Shown here: positions 14,640-30,000 of the stretch, piece after piece
How the letters are laid out: each line of letters opens with the position of its first letter
Numbering within the stretch: the first letter of the stretch is position 1
Source of the DNA: the human T2T-CHM13v2.0 reference genome, Homo sapiens
NCBI RefSeq assembly: GCF_009914755.1
Contig: NC_060929.1
Strand: one strand, 5' to 3'
Length of the DNA stretch: 64,000 bases
The notes under the pieces: model-generated
The model's input: only the letters and a program-made list of their open reading frames with translations
Databases searched by the model: none
Told to the model about the DNA's origin: nothing
Position numbers and translations under genes: made by a program

Positions 14640-15400
14640 ATGAGATACCTGCAATGGTCTAAATGCATAAGGAAAGATAGTGTGCATGGAAAAATAAAAG
14701 TAGGCTAATATGGCTCGCACTAGAGAACAGGGGCAAAGGAAGAAGCTAGAGGAGGGAGAAGGGTCAGATCATGAATGCATCGAGGCTCTGCTGAGAAGTT
14801 GGATTTTATCCCAAGGTCAAGGGTGAGCCAATGAAGTATAATTTAAGTCAAGAGGGACCTGGTCACACTTTTCACTTTATAATGAGGACTCAGGCTGTAA
14901 CATGGAGAATGGATTGGGAGGTCAGTTCATTTAAGTGAAAGGATAAGAGTCTCTATAAAAGTTGTGGTGGATGGGAATGGCGTAAAAGATACCCAGGGGT
15001 AATCTGGGAAGGAAATAGAGACAGGTAGAACAGTGGATCCTGGGAGGCACCAACACTAAGGGGCAAGACAGTGGCAAATCAAGATGGGGAGCTGGAAACC
15101 AGGAGAGCAGTGTTTTCCAGGCAAGAGATGAGATGGTTTCAGGAAAGAAGGGGTGGTCATCCATGTTGAAAATAACGGTTCTCATTTTGTTGAGAAACTT
15201 AAATACCTGAGGGAAATTATCAAAGATCATAAAGTGGGATCTTGTAGAAACTCATCTGTTTTAACGTTTGATTCAATTTGATACACATTTATTGAAGCAC
15301 TCCTCTTTCTAAATGTGTGTTAGAGACACAAGGAAGAAATATAATCTAGATATAGTTTCAGTACTCAAAAAGCTTATAGTCTAAAAGCAGACGCTGAAAT
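14640..15400 (-). mobile_element. L2 fragments
   Basis: gagaagttggattttatcccaaggtcaagggtgagccaatgaag and acacatttattgaagcac are L2-like motifs. Boundaries are approximate. Confidence 0.5.
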
Positions 15401-15879
15401 CAGATATTTTTAAAAAGATAATTAGCAAAATAATTTATTTGAGAAAAAGATATTTTGCTATGTGAAAAATGTAAACAAAGATAGGAAAGGTTAATTAGCA
15501 ATATTAAAAACAGAACAATTGTTTTAGTCAGTCATGTAGATACATTCATGATATATTACTATATGAAATTATAGCACAGTTTAATTTGTAATCTCATTCC
15601 ATAGTAGCAGATCTTGTAAAAATGTAAATGCTCTCTAATTGTGTTTATTAAAAAGTTGTATGTCATTATTGTAACTTCTAAAGGGACTTTGAGCAAATTC
15701 TTTAATGCCAACCATCTGTTTCTACAGGGCCTATTTCTACAGTATTTACATTCATCATATTCCTACATTTTACAATGAAGAGTATGCAAATAGCAATTAA
15801 AGAACCTCATTAACTCAATTACCATTTTGAAGAAATTGCTAAGAACATTTATCAATTATTAATAAACTGGGAAAAGAAT

Positions 15880-16100
15880 GTGGCATCCAGAATCAGAAAA
15901 CTGGGTTTTCAGTCTCAACTCAATCACTTACTATTTGGATAACTTTGGAAAAGTCACTTGACTATTCTGAGCCTAAATGTGCTTATCTATAAAATGGTAA
16001 TAATAGCAGGATTGTTGTGGGGCTATAAAAAGGCATGAAAAGTACCATATCAAATAAGTATGTGGAGTTGCTTTAGAAATTATAAATTTCTATACATACA
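15880..16100 (+). mobile_element. MIR
   Basis: cagaatcagaaaactgggtttt...ttctgagcctaaatgtgcttatctataaaatggtaataatag. Confidence 0.65.
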
Positions 16101-16608
16101 TTTATCATATTATTATTTCATTAAGAGAAAGGTTAATTTGGAAAAAAATTACAAATATGAACTCCTACTTGAGGCTTATAGCAGCCTGTTGTCATTAGTT
16201 TCAATGGCATATAGGTCCTTTGCCAAGTTGTAGACAAAGTCATCAAATAAAAAATCCCTTTCAGTAGTAAATAGAATAGAAGAAGTCAGTTAGGGTGTTT
16301 TGCTGATCTTACTGACCAGATGTTACTGCTTGGCACTTAACATTCATAATAGATAAATAAAATTAATTTATATGTAAATAAATCAGTTATAGAACTGAGA
16401 TCTGGGAATCTTTTAAAATCATTTTATATATAGGAATACATGGATATATATAGTATATGTATAAATATATATCCTAGCTTGAAGTGATAGAAGATGTATT
16501 CGTATAGCACAATTACATCAGTGGTCACCAATATTTTTATCAATGCTTTTCATTGAAGAAAGGAAGAAATTGAAGAAAGAACGACGTGGATAAGAGATTA
16601 ATGCTTTG

Positions 16609-17407
16609 CATATGAATAAAAATGCAACATCACTGATGGTAAGAAAAATGCAATTTGAAACCACAATGAGATATCATCTCATACCAGTCAGAATGGCTAT
16701 TATTAAAAAGGCAAAAAATAAACAAAAACAGAAGCTGGTGAGGTTGTAGAGAAAAGGGAACGCTTACACACTGTTGTTGGGAGTGTAAATTAGTTCAACC
16801 ATTGTGGAAAGCAGTGTGGTGATTCCTCAAAGAGCCAAAAACAGAACTTCCATTTGATCCAGCAATCCCATTACTGGGTATATGTCCAAAGGAATGTAAA
16901 TCACTCTATCATAAAGACACATGCACATGTATCTTCATTGAAGCACTATTCACAACACCAAAGACATGGAATCAATCTAAATGCCCATCAATGGTAGACT
17001 GGATTTAAAAAATGAGGCACGTATACACCATGGAGCGGTATGCAGCCATAAAAAGAACGAGGTCACGTCCTTTGCAGGGACATGGATGGAGCTAGAGATC
17101 ATTATCCGTAGCAAACGAACACAGAAACAGAAAACCAAATACCGCATGTTCTCACTTTTAAGTAGAAGCTAAATGATGAGAACACATGGGCACAAAGAGG
17201 AGAATAGCAGATACTAGGACCTACCTGAGGGTGTAGAGTGGGAGGAGAGAGAAGAGCAGAAAAAAATAACTATTGGGTACCAGGCTTGGTACCTGGGTGA
17301 TGAGATAATCTGTACCAAAAAACCCTGTTACACGAGTTGACCTGTATATGAAACCTGCACTTGTACCCCTGAACCTAAAATAAAAGATGTTTAAAAAAGG
17401 AAAAAAG
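16609..17407 (+). mobile_element. L1PA15/16-like 3' fragment
   Basis: ORF2 end (FAGTWMELEIII) plus 3' UTR. 15-bp TSD gagattaatgctttg at 16594-16608 and 17408-17422. Confidence 0.9.
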
Positions 17408-20400
17408 GAGATTAATGCTTTGAACAATCTTTAATATGAAGCAACATATTTACCACAGAACAATCGAATTATGCTGTAAGTTGAATGAGTTGTAAGTAAT
17501 CTTAAATGTTGTATATTTATGCCCTCTACTAGATTCCTTATCAATAATTTTTCTGACTCTGCTTGCATACAGAATTGGAGAGTAAATATTCTACAAGATC
17601 ATTCATTCTTTTAAAAAATAATTTTCCTCTTCCATTTTTGAGTGAAATTAATTTGAGAAAATTCTTCTTTTTATTGAGCTGAAGTATCAACTTCATCCTT
17701 AATTAAATGCTTAAGTATTTGTAGGCATGGTCCATGTTTTTATGGGTGAAAAACACGATGCAATCATTCATTGAACAGTTATTGCTAGTTACCACTTGAC
17801 ATTCACTCAAGTAGACTCTACACACAAGTCAGACTACAGTCAGGTTTGAGATATGTACAACTCAATTGCAATTGTTTTCCTCCAACACCAAACCCCAACT
17901 TTGTAGGAAAACATCTTTTCCTACAACAAAGCTAACTACTTCTCCTGAAATACTTCTCTGAATTGATTTTGCAATTGAGAAATTATCACATTTTCCTGTT
18001 ACTTCTGCAAATCAAATATTGAGGTAATGTAGGCATAACCACAAGGTAGCAAGCAAACAAAATAATTCCTATCCCTCCTCTTAGAGATTTTCTCTGGCTC
18101 CATTTATATGTGGTAAAGAGCAAAATGGACAAAACTGTTATGATTCTACTTCTCTTTTAAGCAGATCAGTGAAGGCAATGAGTAATGGGTTTGGCACAGT
18201 TCTGCAAAAGTATATCGTGTACCAGCCAAAAAAAGTCTCTCTCTGCCTGTCTGTCTCTTTCTCTTGTTTTCCTGTTTAAGGTTCTTAATATCATGCCATT
18301 GCTCTGGAATCGAAATCATTTTCAGACCTTTCTAAAACTTAAAGGAAATAAAAAGCTAAATCACATTAGAAGGGCAGAGGGAAAATACTCCTTGAAGTCC
18401 TAAGAACAAACTTTGAAGTCATTGATAGACACAGAACACTGTTAGGCTCTTTTATGTTGCTACATACAGTACCTGTTGATTATGTCATCTCAGGCTCTTG
18501 ACTTGGCAGCCATTACATATATCAACTAGATTTGTGAACTCCAGAAAAATGCCCATCCACTCTGCTTTGGATCCTACCGCAATGTTCTCCATGGCAGAGT
18601 ATAAGAAGAACTGCTGTTATGCATTGATAATTTTGCAAAGCATATAAATCAAAGCATGATTGAATGAATGAATGCAGTGCCATCCTTATTAAGCTTTCCT
18701 TGAATGACTTCTCCCATTTTTTCCTATTTCTTTAGTGGACTGTACATATGCATGTGGTTTTTACCCACTGTAAGTAATCTTAAACACTTATTAAAGAGAA
18801 GTAGTGGTAAATGTAAGACTCCTGCCTACCAAAACATATAGATCCTCATTGCTGTGGGTCTTACAGTGCAGTCTTGGTGAGCTTTCATTCATTTATTCAC
18901 TCTGCATCTTGTGTGATGCATCTCCTCAGCACCATGTCTTGTATCAGATGCCAGGAACACAGAGATTAACAAAACATGGTCTCACCCATGAAAGACATTA
19001 ACATTATTGGTGTTATTGAATGAGAGGAGCTAGATAGCCAGGAGACATCCCAAACCCTCCAGGAAATACATTAATGGAGCAGGACCCAAAACCCAAGAGG
19101 AAATTCTGGCCATTATTGAGCCTTAAGACAGCCCTATGAAAGATCTCGGTGGTACCATTTAATGGACTCCAGGAAGGCCGTTCCACTCTGAAATGTTTCT
19201 CACGTAAATGTAAAAATACATATGTATACATATTATATAGAATGATATACACATCACATCTATACAAGTCACACAGAATTTCTCATTCAGTGATTTTTTT
19301 TTCTTTTAGATTTTGGATTGCTTTCTCTTAAAATGCAAATATCCTTGAGAGGTATGCCATATGAACTCCTTTATTTTTGACCGTGGAAGACTTTACCAAA
19401 CAGAACTTTTTACTCCAAAAGGACATAATGAAAATTCCAGGATTGTTCTGGTGTCACAAAATGGCCAGGAAGGGCCTATAAAATGGAACATCTTCCTTCT
19501 GAACAGCTACTCACTTGGATGGTTCCTTTCTCGGTTTTCAACATAAATTCATAAGCCACCACTTTTCCACATCCCAACTAAACTCTAACTTTTAGAAATA
19601 GGAAAAGATTGTGAAGAGATAGCCTGATGAGCAGGAACACAGAGGACATACATAGATAGGGCCATTAAATGAAGTTATTCACTGTGTTTCTACGTATTCC
19701 AAACAAAGAAGTTCTGCCCTTTGAACGCAGACAAGTCATCAGCTTAAGAACAGTTGGATTGTTTGTAACTAAGAAGTTGGGCACAAGAGACATTTCACTA
19801 TAGACCACTCATATGGTATTGGGGTTTGTAGGCCATCCCCTCCAGGCCTCATAAGCCAACAATGAACCTGAAGTTAGACAAACCTGAACTAACCTAAGCT
19901 CACCATAACTAACATTAGTTCTAAGGAAATACTCCTAGAATTTTAGTTCAGAATTTCAAACAGTTTTCCCACCCCTTTCCTCAACAACCACATAGTCTAA
20001 ATAGTGAGAATTCTTTCCTTCTGCTTTATTTTATTCTCCCTTTCCCCTAATTTGACATCTTGAAACCTCAACCCAAATTCTTGAAACTAGCTGTAGGAAT
20101 TTTATGTCCAATGAGTTCCCTCCCTTGTTCCCTCCTTCCTTCCTGCCTTCCTCCCTCCCTAAATTTGAAAAACATATAATGTATTTTCAATATTTCAAGG
20201 TATATCAAAGATTATTAAGACATGTTTAGATTGTTAGTGTCTTAGAATTTTTGACACAAATCCAAGCTAGATATGTATTTTTCTTATTAAAATTACAATT
20301 TTGACAATATATGTGATCCATTATTGCAGTATCCAAGAAGCTGGTAATGTATTTACAAATTTATTTCTGGGTTGATTTATTTAGAATTGTAATTGTCTTA

Positions 20401-20481
20401 TTTATTAACATATCTATGCTGCTTTATTACCCTGAGGTTTTCAATGACTATGAGACTATAAAAAAAAAACTAGAGAAAAAA

Positions 20482-20791
20482 GGCCAGGCGCGGTGGCTCA
20501 CACCTGTAATCCCAGCACTCTGGGAGGCCGAGGCAGACGGATCACGAGGTCAGGAGATCGAGACCATCCTGGCTAACACGGTGAAACCCCATCTCTAGTA
20601 AAAATACAAAAAATTAGCCGGGCGTGGTGGAGGGCGCCTGTAGTCCCAGCTACTCGGGAGGCTGAGGCAGGAGAATGGCATGAACCTGGGAGGCAGAGCT
20701 TTCAGTGAGCCGAGACTGCTCCACTGCACTCCAGCCTGGGGAATAGAGCGAGACTCCATCTCCAAAAAAAAAAAAAAAAAAAAAAAAAAAA
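20482..20791 (+). mobile_element. AluY
   Basis: gagatcgagaccatcctggctaacacgg and gagaatggcatgaacc diagnostics, with a long poly(A). Confidence 0.95.
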
Positions 20792-21664
20792 CTAGATTAA
20801 ATAAATGGAATAATGAATAATACAACCAACATTTAAGAAATACATGATAGTTGAATTAAAACTTTCCAGCATATCTTTTATGATTGGTTGTCATCCTAAA
20901 CAGAAAAATATATCAAACCTTCTCTTCAGCCTTGAATAGAACATTTAACAACCATGAAATAGTGTTATCAATGGATAAAAAATAAATTTGCCTTAAGAAT
21001 ATCTATATTTAAAGACATATATTTCATATAACTAATAGATAATTCAATGATGTAAAAGATCGAATTGCTTCTTTAGTCCTCATTTTGGGGAATGATTATA
21101 CAATTCTATGGGGTTTTCAGGTCTTACACCTTTGTTATCATTTGTTAGTCTTTTCTCTATCTATGGAAGCTTTCACGGGCCAACCAAGGAGCGGCTTTCT
21201 GAACTTCTTTTTCTTTTGACACAGCACTGGGATCAGAAACCCTGCAGAGTTAACTGTGTTTGCTCATTAGTCAAGAGAATGCATAGTTTCAGGCTGATTA
21301 AAACAAGATTTTCTGCAGAATGGGGCTAATTTTCCAAGTGCCATGATGTAAATTCCCCTCTGCTTCCCTGTCCCCACCATATCCTCTCTAGACTGGATTC
21401 ATGAGAAGCAAATAATTCTGTAACTTTCCACACCACATCTTTCAGCTGAAGAGACTCAAGCATTTTCTGGAAACAACACGGAAGCAGGAAGGTGTAACTC
21501 TTCCTACTCATTCATCTCAGGCTTGCCCATGACCCTGGGCAAGTCCCATCACATCTTGGTTTCCACATAGGTTGAGCTAAGTAGCTAATGAAGCTCCATA
21601 GGACTCTCATCCTTTCACTGCTGTTTGCTTCATTTATGCAACTTAAAAAAAGATCTTTATTTTT

Positions 21665-22760
21665 AAAATTGAATTTAATTTGTTTTAATGATCATACAGT
21701 AAAGTCACTTTTTTTCTTTTGAAGTAGAATTCTATGAGATTTAACATACATATAGATTCATGTAACCACCACCACCATTGGGATACCGAACTTTTCCGTC
21801 TTCCAAGAAACTCCCTCAAGCTATCCCTTCAGAGTAACATCCCCTACTTATAGCCCCTGGCAACCACGGATCTGGTTTCTATTCTTGTAGTCTTGTCTTT
21901 TGAAAATGTCAAATAAATGAAACATATGTAACCCTTTGAGACTGGCTTTTCTGACCCAGCAGAATGCTTTTAAAAGTTATCTAAGTTGTTTAGTATAGTG
22001 TGTTCCTTTTTACTACTTAGTAGTATTCCATTGTGTGAACGAACCATAGTTCGTTTATCCATTTGCTCATTGAAGGACACTGAGTAATTTCAGGTTTTTG
22101 GCGGCCACAGATAATGCTACTATGAACACATGTGTACAGGCTTACACGTGTGTGTGTAATATTAGTTCTCCCCATTGTAGGATAAATGCCCCGGAGTGGG
22201 GTTGCTATCAGTGGCAAGGGTGTGTTTAGCTTTATAGAAAACTATGAAACTGTTTTCCAGTGGCTTTACCAGTTTTCCTTTCTACCAGGAATGTGTGAGA
22301 GTTCTAATTCCTTACCAGCATTGGTATTGTTGGCATTTTTAATTTTAGCAATTTCAAAAGGTGTGTAGTAATGTTTAATTGTATTTGAATTTATCTAATG
22401 GCCAATGATGTTGAACATCTTTTCATGTATTTATTTGCCATCCTTAAAACCTCTTTGGTAAAATGCCTGTTCAAGTCCTTTGCCCCTTTTTTAATTGGAT
22501 TGTATGTTTTCTTATCAATGAGTCTTGATAGTTCTTCATATATTTTGGGCACGTAGCCTTTGTCAGATAGATGATTTGCGAATATATTCTTCAAGTCTGT
22601 AGCTTATTTCTTCATTCTCTTGGCAGCATATTAAGCAGAGAAAAGATTTTTGATGTAATGAGGTCCAATTTGTCAATTTTTTGTCTTTACAGATGCACCT
22701 TGGTGTCAGTCCTAAGAACTCTTCACCTAACCTTATGTTATAATATTTTTCTCTAAGAAA
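21665..22760 (-). mobile_element. L1MC-type 3' fragment
   Basis: ORF 22391-22594 [10 protein letters not shown]...[22 protein letters not shown] is the ORF2 C-terminus, followed by 3' UTR. Confidence 0.85.
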
Positions 22761-23200
22761 ATAATTTTAAAGAAAGAAAATGCTGTATACATAAGGACAT
22801 TTCTTGCAATACTATTAGTGAATGGTGAAAACTGAAATAATCTTGAGTTGCCACCATAGAGCAATGGGTACGTAAATTATGACTCTATCATCCTTTGGCT
22901 ATGGAAAATATTTATTAAGAGTGTACAATAATGTTACAGGGAAACAATCATGACTTAAGTTAAAGTAAGATGCAATTATATGTACTATATGCCCATAATA
23001 ACAGGAAAACAAAAACAAATACTGCTTAGAAAAGAGATGAGAAGGAAATACGATAAATACGTTAACAAAGGTAGGCTAGAGTGATGATGCTGGGTAGCTT
23101 TTTCAATGTTTTCTACTTTTCTATATTTCCTTAATTTTCTTTAAATATATTTATGAAATAAACCAAAACACACAATTTTATTTTTAAAAAATTCACTCAC

Positions 23201-23508
<308 letters not shown>

Positions 23509-24096
23509 CTATTTTGTGTCAGATGTGAGAATAAGCACTGTTTTATACTGAGTCTTCCTGCTCTGTCCTGACAGGTTGGTCAATTGGCCAGAGGAATAGA
23601 TATTTGAAGAAAAAGGTCTTCCTCCCCTAACTGGGGTAGAGTTAGTTGCTGTAGAGTTGCAGACGTGGTGAGGGATAAGGGTGGGAGCAGGAGCACATTT
23701 GATAATTCATGGGGACAGTGGCTGTAGCCTCCATACAGACCCTATTCCCATTTCACTGTCTTGTCTACTACCTCAAATTGCTACAAGTTAGGAATTCTCG
23801 AAAAACACTAGACTTTTGTACAGAGAAGGGATCATATTCATTTAGTCACGTGTAGGGCCCTCTGTGTGTCAGAACCTGGGTCCTGTGATACCAAGAGGAC
23901 TAATGTACAGCTTTTATCCTGTAGGCCTTCACAATCCAATGATTCCATCCATCATCCAACATGGGAAAGGCTGCTCATCACTACTGCAGCTAAATAAGCA
24001 CTCTCTGCTAGAGATCGGCTAAGATTTGAAAATCACCTTTTATTTAATGTTTCCCAAATAGCTACATGATTTTATTTTCTTGGTCTTCTACCCTAA

Positions 24097-24498
<402 letters not shown>

Positions 24499-24795
24499 TA
24501 GGGGACATCCTCACCTTGGATAAGGAGCAGAATCAACAGGCTTTATTGAGTCATCGAGTTTTCTCCTTTCTACTTGGCAATCTAAGCTAACCAAAAAGCC
24601 TCCCATGCACCACACCTGACAAAATTAATTTTCTGTGGGTTAATCTTAAAATCCTTAGGACTCACTTGAATGGCTCACCTAGGAAATACAGTACCCACCT
24701 GCAGTGTCAGAAAGGAAACAAAGCACAAAGGCACAGATCACCATGGAACAGATCACTGTTCAATGCCAGCAGGCAAACAAGGCTGTCATGATCGG

Positions 24796-24883
24796 AGGAC
24801 AAGGGCAAGTCACTGGTGATGTGCTTCCCTACCAGAAGGAGGACACTCTTCATGCGGCATGTTGCTGCCCGTACCTTGGTCAC
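24796..24883. repeat. 88-bp dispersed duplication, copy 1
   Basis: 83/88 identical to 26764-26851. Confidence 0.95.
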
Positions 24884-25827
24884 TTGACCTGGGAGCAGGG
24901 ATATGCTAATAAAAAAGGAGGGGCTCATTCCATTTCTTTTCCATGCACGCTTGTTTTGAAAACATTCTGAGCCTTGCAGATTACATGATAATTATACTTA
25001 AGGGCTGCCAAGGAACTTCAGGAATAATTATCATATGATTTGCAGGTTTTCAAGCTCATGATAACACTAATGCTGAGAGGCCTTCTTTAGTCATTCACAG
25101 CAATTATCCTTCTCCAGAGTGCACTCGCTTGCAATCTTAGATTGTTTCTTGAGCCTGATAAGAAGCCAAAGAGGCTAAATGAGACGTGTTTAAAGGAGGC
25201 CCAGTGATTTGGGGGGATGTGAAGCTCCATTGGTCACAACTGGAAGGCCATCCAAATCAGAGCCTGTCACTGGAGCCACATGAAGATTGCAATTTAATAA
25301 AATCTAACACCTGCTTAGAGACCATTCTTGTAGTGGACACAAAGTGCCAGCCTCTAATACTCCTTCCTTACTCTTCATGGAAACCTTGAAGAGTGATTAA
25401 AAATAGTACTGTTTATGTCTCTGACCACAGAGCCAGTCATTTTCAGCACTTAACTGAAATTGCTCATGATAGTGTTTCTAACAATGGCCACATAAGTGGC
25501 AAATCCCTTAAGAATTTTGCCCTCTCAGCAGGTGGCAATCTGCCACCTTTATCTGATCATTTCTCTCCTCCTTTGGCATTGTAGACACCATTTTTTCCTG
25601 GTTATGACCCTACTTCTCTTTATCTTCTTTGTCGATTGCTTTTCCACTCCAGGGAGTTCTGTGTTTGACACACAGGAGGTGTGGGTAGTTGTTTACTCTG
25701 TAAATAAGTTGTTAGCCGTGCAGCACTGCCAAGGAATTGCACCAAATGTGTATGCATTAGCAGTTAAGAAGAGCGTGTGCAATGTGAGTGAATGGAGTCT
25801 GGTCATTTGTCATCCAATGCCTATTTA

Positions 25828-26260
<433 letters not shown>

Positions 26261-26347
26261 GAAGACTGAAAAAACATCAAAGAGATCTATCAACTTCTTG
26301 CTTGGAGGATGAGAGCAACCGTACCCAGACTTTCAGGTTGAGACTTA

Positions 26348-26640
<293 letters not shown>

Positions 26641-26763
26641 TCTTGCACATTTAGGAAGATTTGGAAGAATGCCCAAGTAGGGTGCAAGCAGTATGCTCAG
26701 GACACTCATTTTGCCTGACAGAGAACTTTAGGTTACCTGTGCTTAGAAGCACACAGCTACAGA

Positions 26764-26851
26764 AGGACAAGGGCAAGTCACTGGTGATGTGCCTTCTTAC
26801 CAGAAGGAGGGCACTCTTCATGCGGCATGTTGCTGCCCATACCTTGGTCAC
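26764..26851. repeat. 88-bp dispersed duplication, copy 2
   Basis: 83/88 identical to 24796-24883. Confidence 0.95.
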
Positions 26852-27019
26852 AAGAAAACAGAGAAGTAGACCAGTTCAACCACAGTGAGAAGAGAGGAGA
26901 GAGCATATCTATTTGAAGCCTGATGACTGAGGCTTTATAGGACAAGTGAATCTTCACAATTGTGCCTTGTGAAGGCAACCGGGTATAAGGTCCCTTTCCT
27001 TGCAAGATAATTAATAAGA

Positions 27020-27038
27020 TCCCCACAAGAGGGCGCCC
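27020..27038 (+). promoter_or_regulatory. Candidate CTCF site
   Basis: tccCCACAAGAGGGCGCcc is a close match to the CTCF core and retains a CpG. Confidence 0.6.
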
Positions 27039-30000
27039 TGGTAGAAGAAAGTCCTGGCTCATCCATTCACATCCTGTGCGCCTGACTCACTAAGCTCCCT
27101 CGGGGTAAACCAGGACCTTCAGAGAGAGGCCCCAACACGAAAACATCCCTGATGATGAAAGTAATGGACACTGGCCCACTGAAGTTCCTGGGGAGCTGAA
27201 TCACAGGTGTTCTTGTGATTTCACAAACAAAAGACTCCTCTTATAGCAGCAGTGCTCTATTTTCTCCTAAGTCATATTCTGTGGGAGCCTCCCACTATTT
27301 GTAACAGTACTCATTAAGTTCGTACTTAACAAGTAAGCAATGAGCTGCTGTCTTTGGCCTCTAGAAAGATTCAAGGTGAACCTTTTGTCTTCTTTCATTT
27401 CACACCATACACATCAACATCAGATCTGCTGCAAGACCAAGAGATTGTATATTATTTTAGGTGAAATAATACAGTCATTTAGGCATCCCTTAGAAATATG
27501 CCTAGAAACTAAAGTCCCTTAGAAATTAAAGTCACTTAGTTTCTTAGTGATACTATCTTGGAATTCCCACCCATTTCCTCAGGAAGTGCTATTAGCAGTA
27601 CAGGATGCAGAATTTAGTCTAATGAGCAGACAACATTGTGGGTGTTTTAAGAGCAGGCTGTGTCTTGAAAAAACAAATGGACCTGTATTTTTCTTTGACT
27701 AAAGGCCCCTTATTGGAAAGGTGCTCCCCGCTCCCTGCAGGTGTTGTCATGGTAACATGTGATAAATAATGGATATTAACTGATAAGGCCCTTACTTCCC
27801 TAGGCTCTTTCCAACTCTCTAAGAATGTTCTCACAATTTCATATTGTAATTCTGTATTGTTTTTCTTAGAGTCCCAAATTATATATGTTTCATGCTGCTC
27901 CCACAAAACCTTAGTTCCCCAGGTGTTAATTTTATGACAGCATATCTAACTGCATCCTCTGAGCAGCAGAGCACCTGTCAGTCTCTGCTAGATTGAACAT
28001 GTCTAGGACAATAGCAATTGTTTCCAATTGTACGCATTTCCACCACCTTTTCTCCCCTGGTTTTTCTTTAAGCGACTGTTGTATCAAAGCGAAGGAAGGA
28101 AGTGACTAAGAGAAGGAAATTATGCCTAAGTCATTTTAAAAGGGCATTTTTCAAACGACAAAACTTTTTCCCAAGCAGGGGTTTCAGGCTAGGCTAAGGA
28201 CAGTGTGGATCGAAACACAGATCCTTAAGGAGTTGAATTTCTTCTTTGCCGTGCTCCTACTCCTCTGCATACAAATTGTTCTTTGAGCTTTCACTAGTTT
28301 TCCCATTGTCTTCTCTGCATTCCCAAGCTCACTTAATTCATGGTCTGTCTGCCTCTCTGTCTCCTTTTTTCCTTAGCCTCCAGAGATGTGCATGCCTACT
28401 TTCTGTTTTCACAGCTTCATTTCCATCTCTGGCACGTGAGAGCCTCTGTGCTGGATGCAGACATATTACCTTTGTTTTCCTGGAGTCATCCAACTGCTGC
28501 CTGTTTCCAGCAGCTCCCTTCACATTATTTGACTCTGTATCATTGCCCTCAGCCACAAGGGTTAGCAAGGCTAATGGGTACAGTGAACTTAGCCTGTCTT
28601 TTTGTATTAATACATCCCGCCAGGAAAAATCATTTACAATGGCATTTAGGCTTTGCAATGGGAAAACAGGAAAGAATCTCGTTCTTTGTGGTCTCAAGCC
28701 CATACTGGCAGAGGCTGAGTTGCTATGAAATTTCCAGCTTCAGGCAGAGAAGGGAAAAAGTAGAGGGCACACCTAAAATACAGGAATGCACACGGGTGCA
28801 CGCACCCTTAAGCATGCATTACGTTTGCCCAGTAATGTATGTGCACTTGAGTGCAAGCCCCAATTCAACCTCTTTCTATGTGTTGGATATATGTATGAGA
28901 AGAAGCCTTTTTTTTTTTTCATTTGACATTCAGTTAAGCTAAAAGCAAAAACAACCATCTGTACTGCCTTTGATAGAGTAGATTGTTAAAAGCTGTTCCC
29001 TGTCAGACCTTTTCTTTCAGCCTTGGTGAGGAGACACATACACATATGACACTTCTGTCATTCACATATGAAACACTTGTATTTCAACAAAGTCACAGGT
29101 CCTCTATAAAACCATCAGGTTAAATTCTAAATTCTTCCCAATGGCTGGCTCCTATGACCTTTGATTGCCATAGCAAAATGGAAAGCATTCACTTCACTTT
29201 TTGGTCTTGTGTTTTGTATGTATGTGTTTTTGTTGGTTTGTTTGTTTTTGCCACTGAGGGCACCAAACATTCTTTCTGATTGTGCTCCACATTTTTCATT
29301 AACAGTTGCATTTAAGCAGTTCATTCTAATTCTTTCCGTTGTTCCTGTTCTGTGTGAACTATCTGCTGGCAGTTACCATGCCAACCCCAAATCCTGGGGT
29401 CCTGCTGCTAGATCACAAGCTGCCATTAGCATATTTTTAATACCACCTGATTGCCCTCCAAAGACCTTCTACTAGCTGATCTCCATTAGCTTACAGTGTC
29501 AAGAGATTTGATTGCATATTTACAGTGTGGATCAGGGAGAGAATTTGCTGAGCTGCACAGTTAGTCTCCCAGGTTTAGCTTTCCATGAGTGCCAGGTTAG
29601 TTCCTTGGGTCCCATTTAAGGAGAAGTTCATGACAATTTTCTGGTACATGGAGGTATCAGTTCTTGCTTCCTAGAGCCAACTTACTATATAATATGGAAC
29701 ACCAACATGACCCTCAAACTTGCCGAAGACTTCTCTTAGTTTTAATTGAAAGATCAGCAGCTCTCCAATGTTTAGGAACCTGGGCAGGGGTGCTGTTACC
29801 ATCTTGCTTTTTCTAACTTAAGCTAAACTGAATAAAGGAGGCAATATTAATCAGAAGTCAGATTCTCTTCAAAAAAAGGTTAGAGAGAGAACAGTGAATT
29901 AGAAGTATTTGAATAATTAAGAGTGTTAACATGATAGATTATTTTAATGAAACAGTTAAGAGCTTTTGAAATGAAGTTGCCATTTAAAGTCCTGAAGATG

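Noticed and set aside
28246-28942. Three overlapping ORFs of 160, 200 and 121 aa in unique sequence
   Set aside because: No recognisable domain, Leu/Ser/Cys-rich composition typical of non-coding DNA, and no splice or promoter support. Chance ORFs are the simplest explanation.
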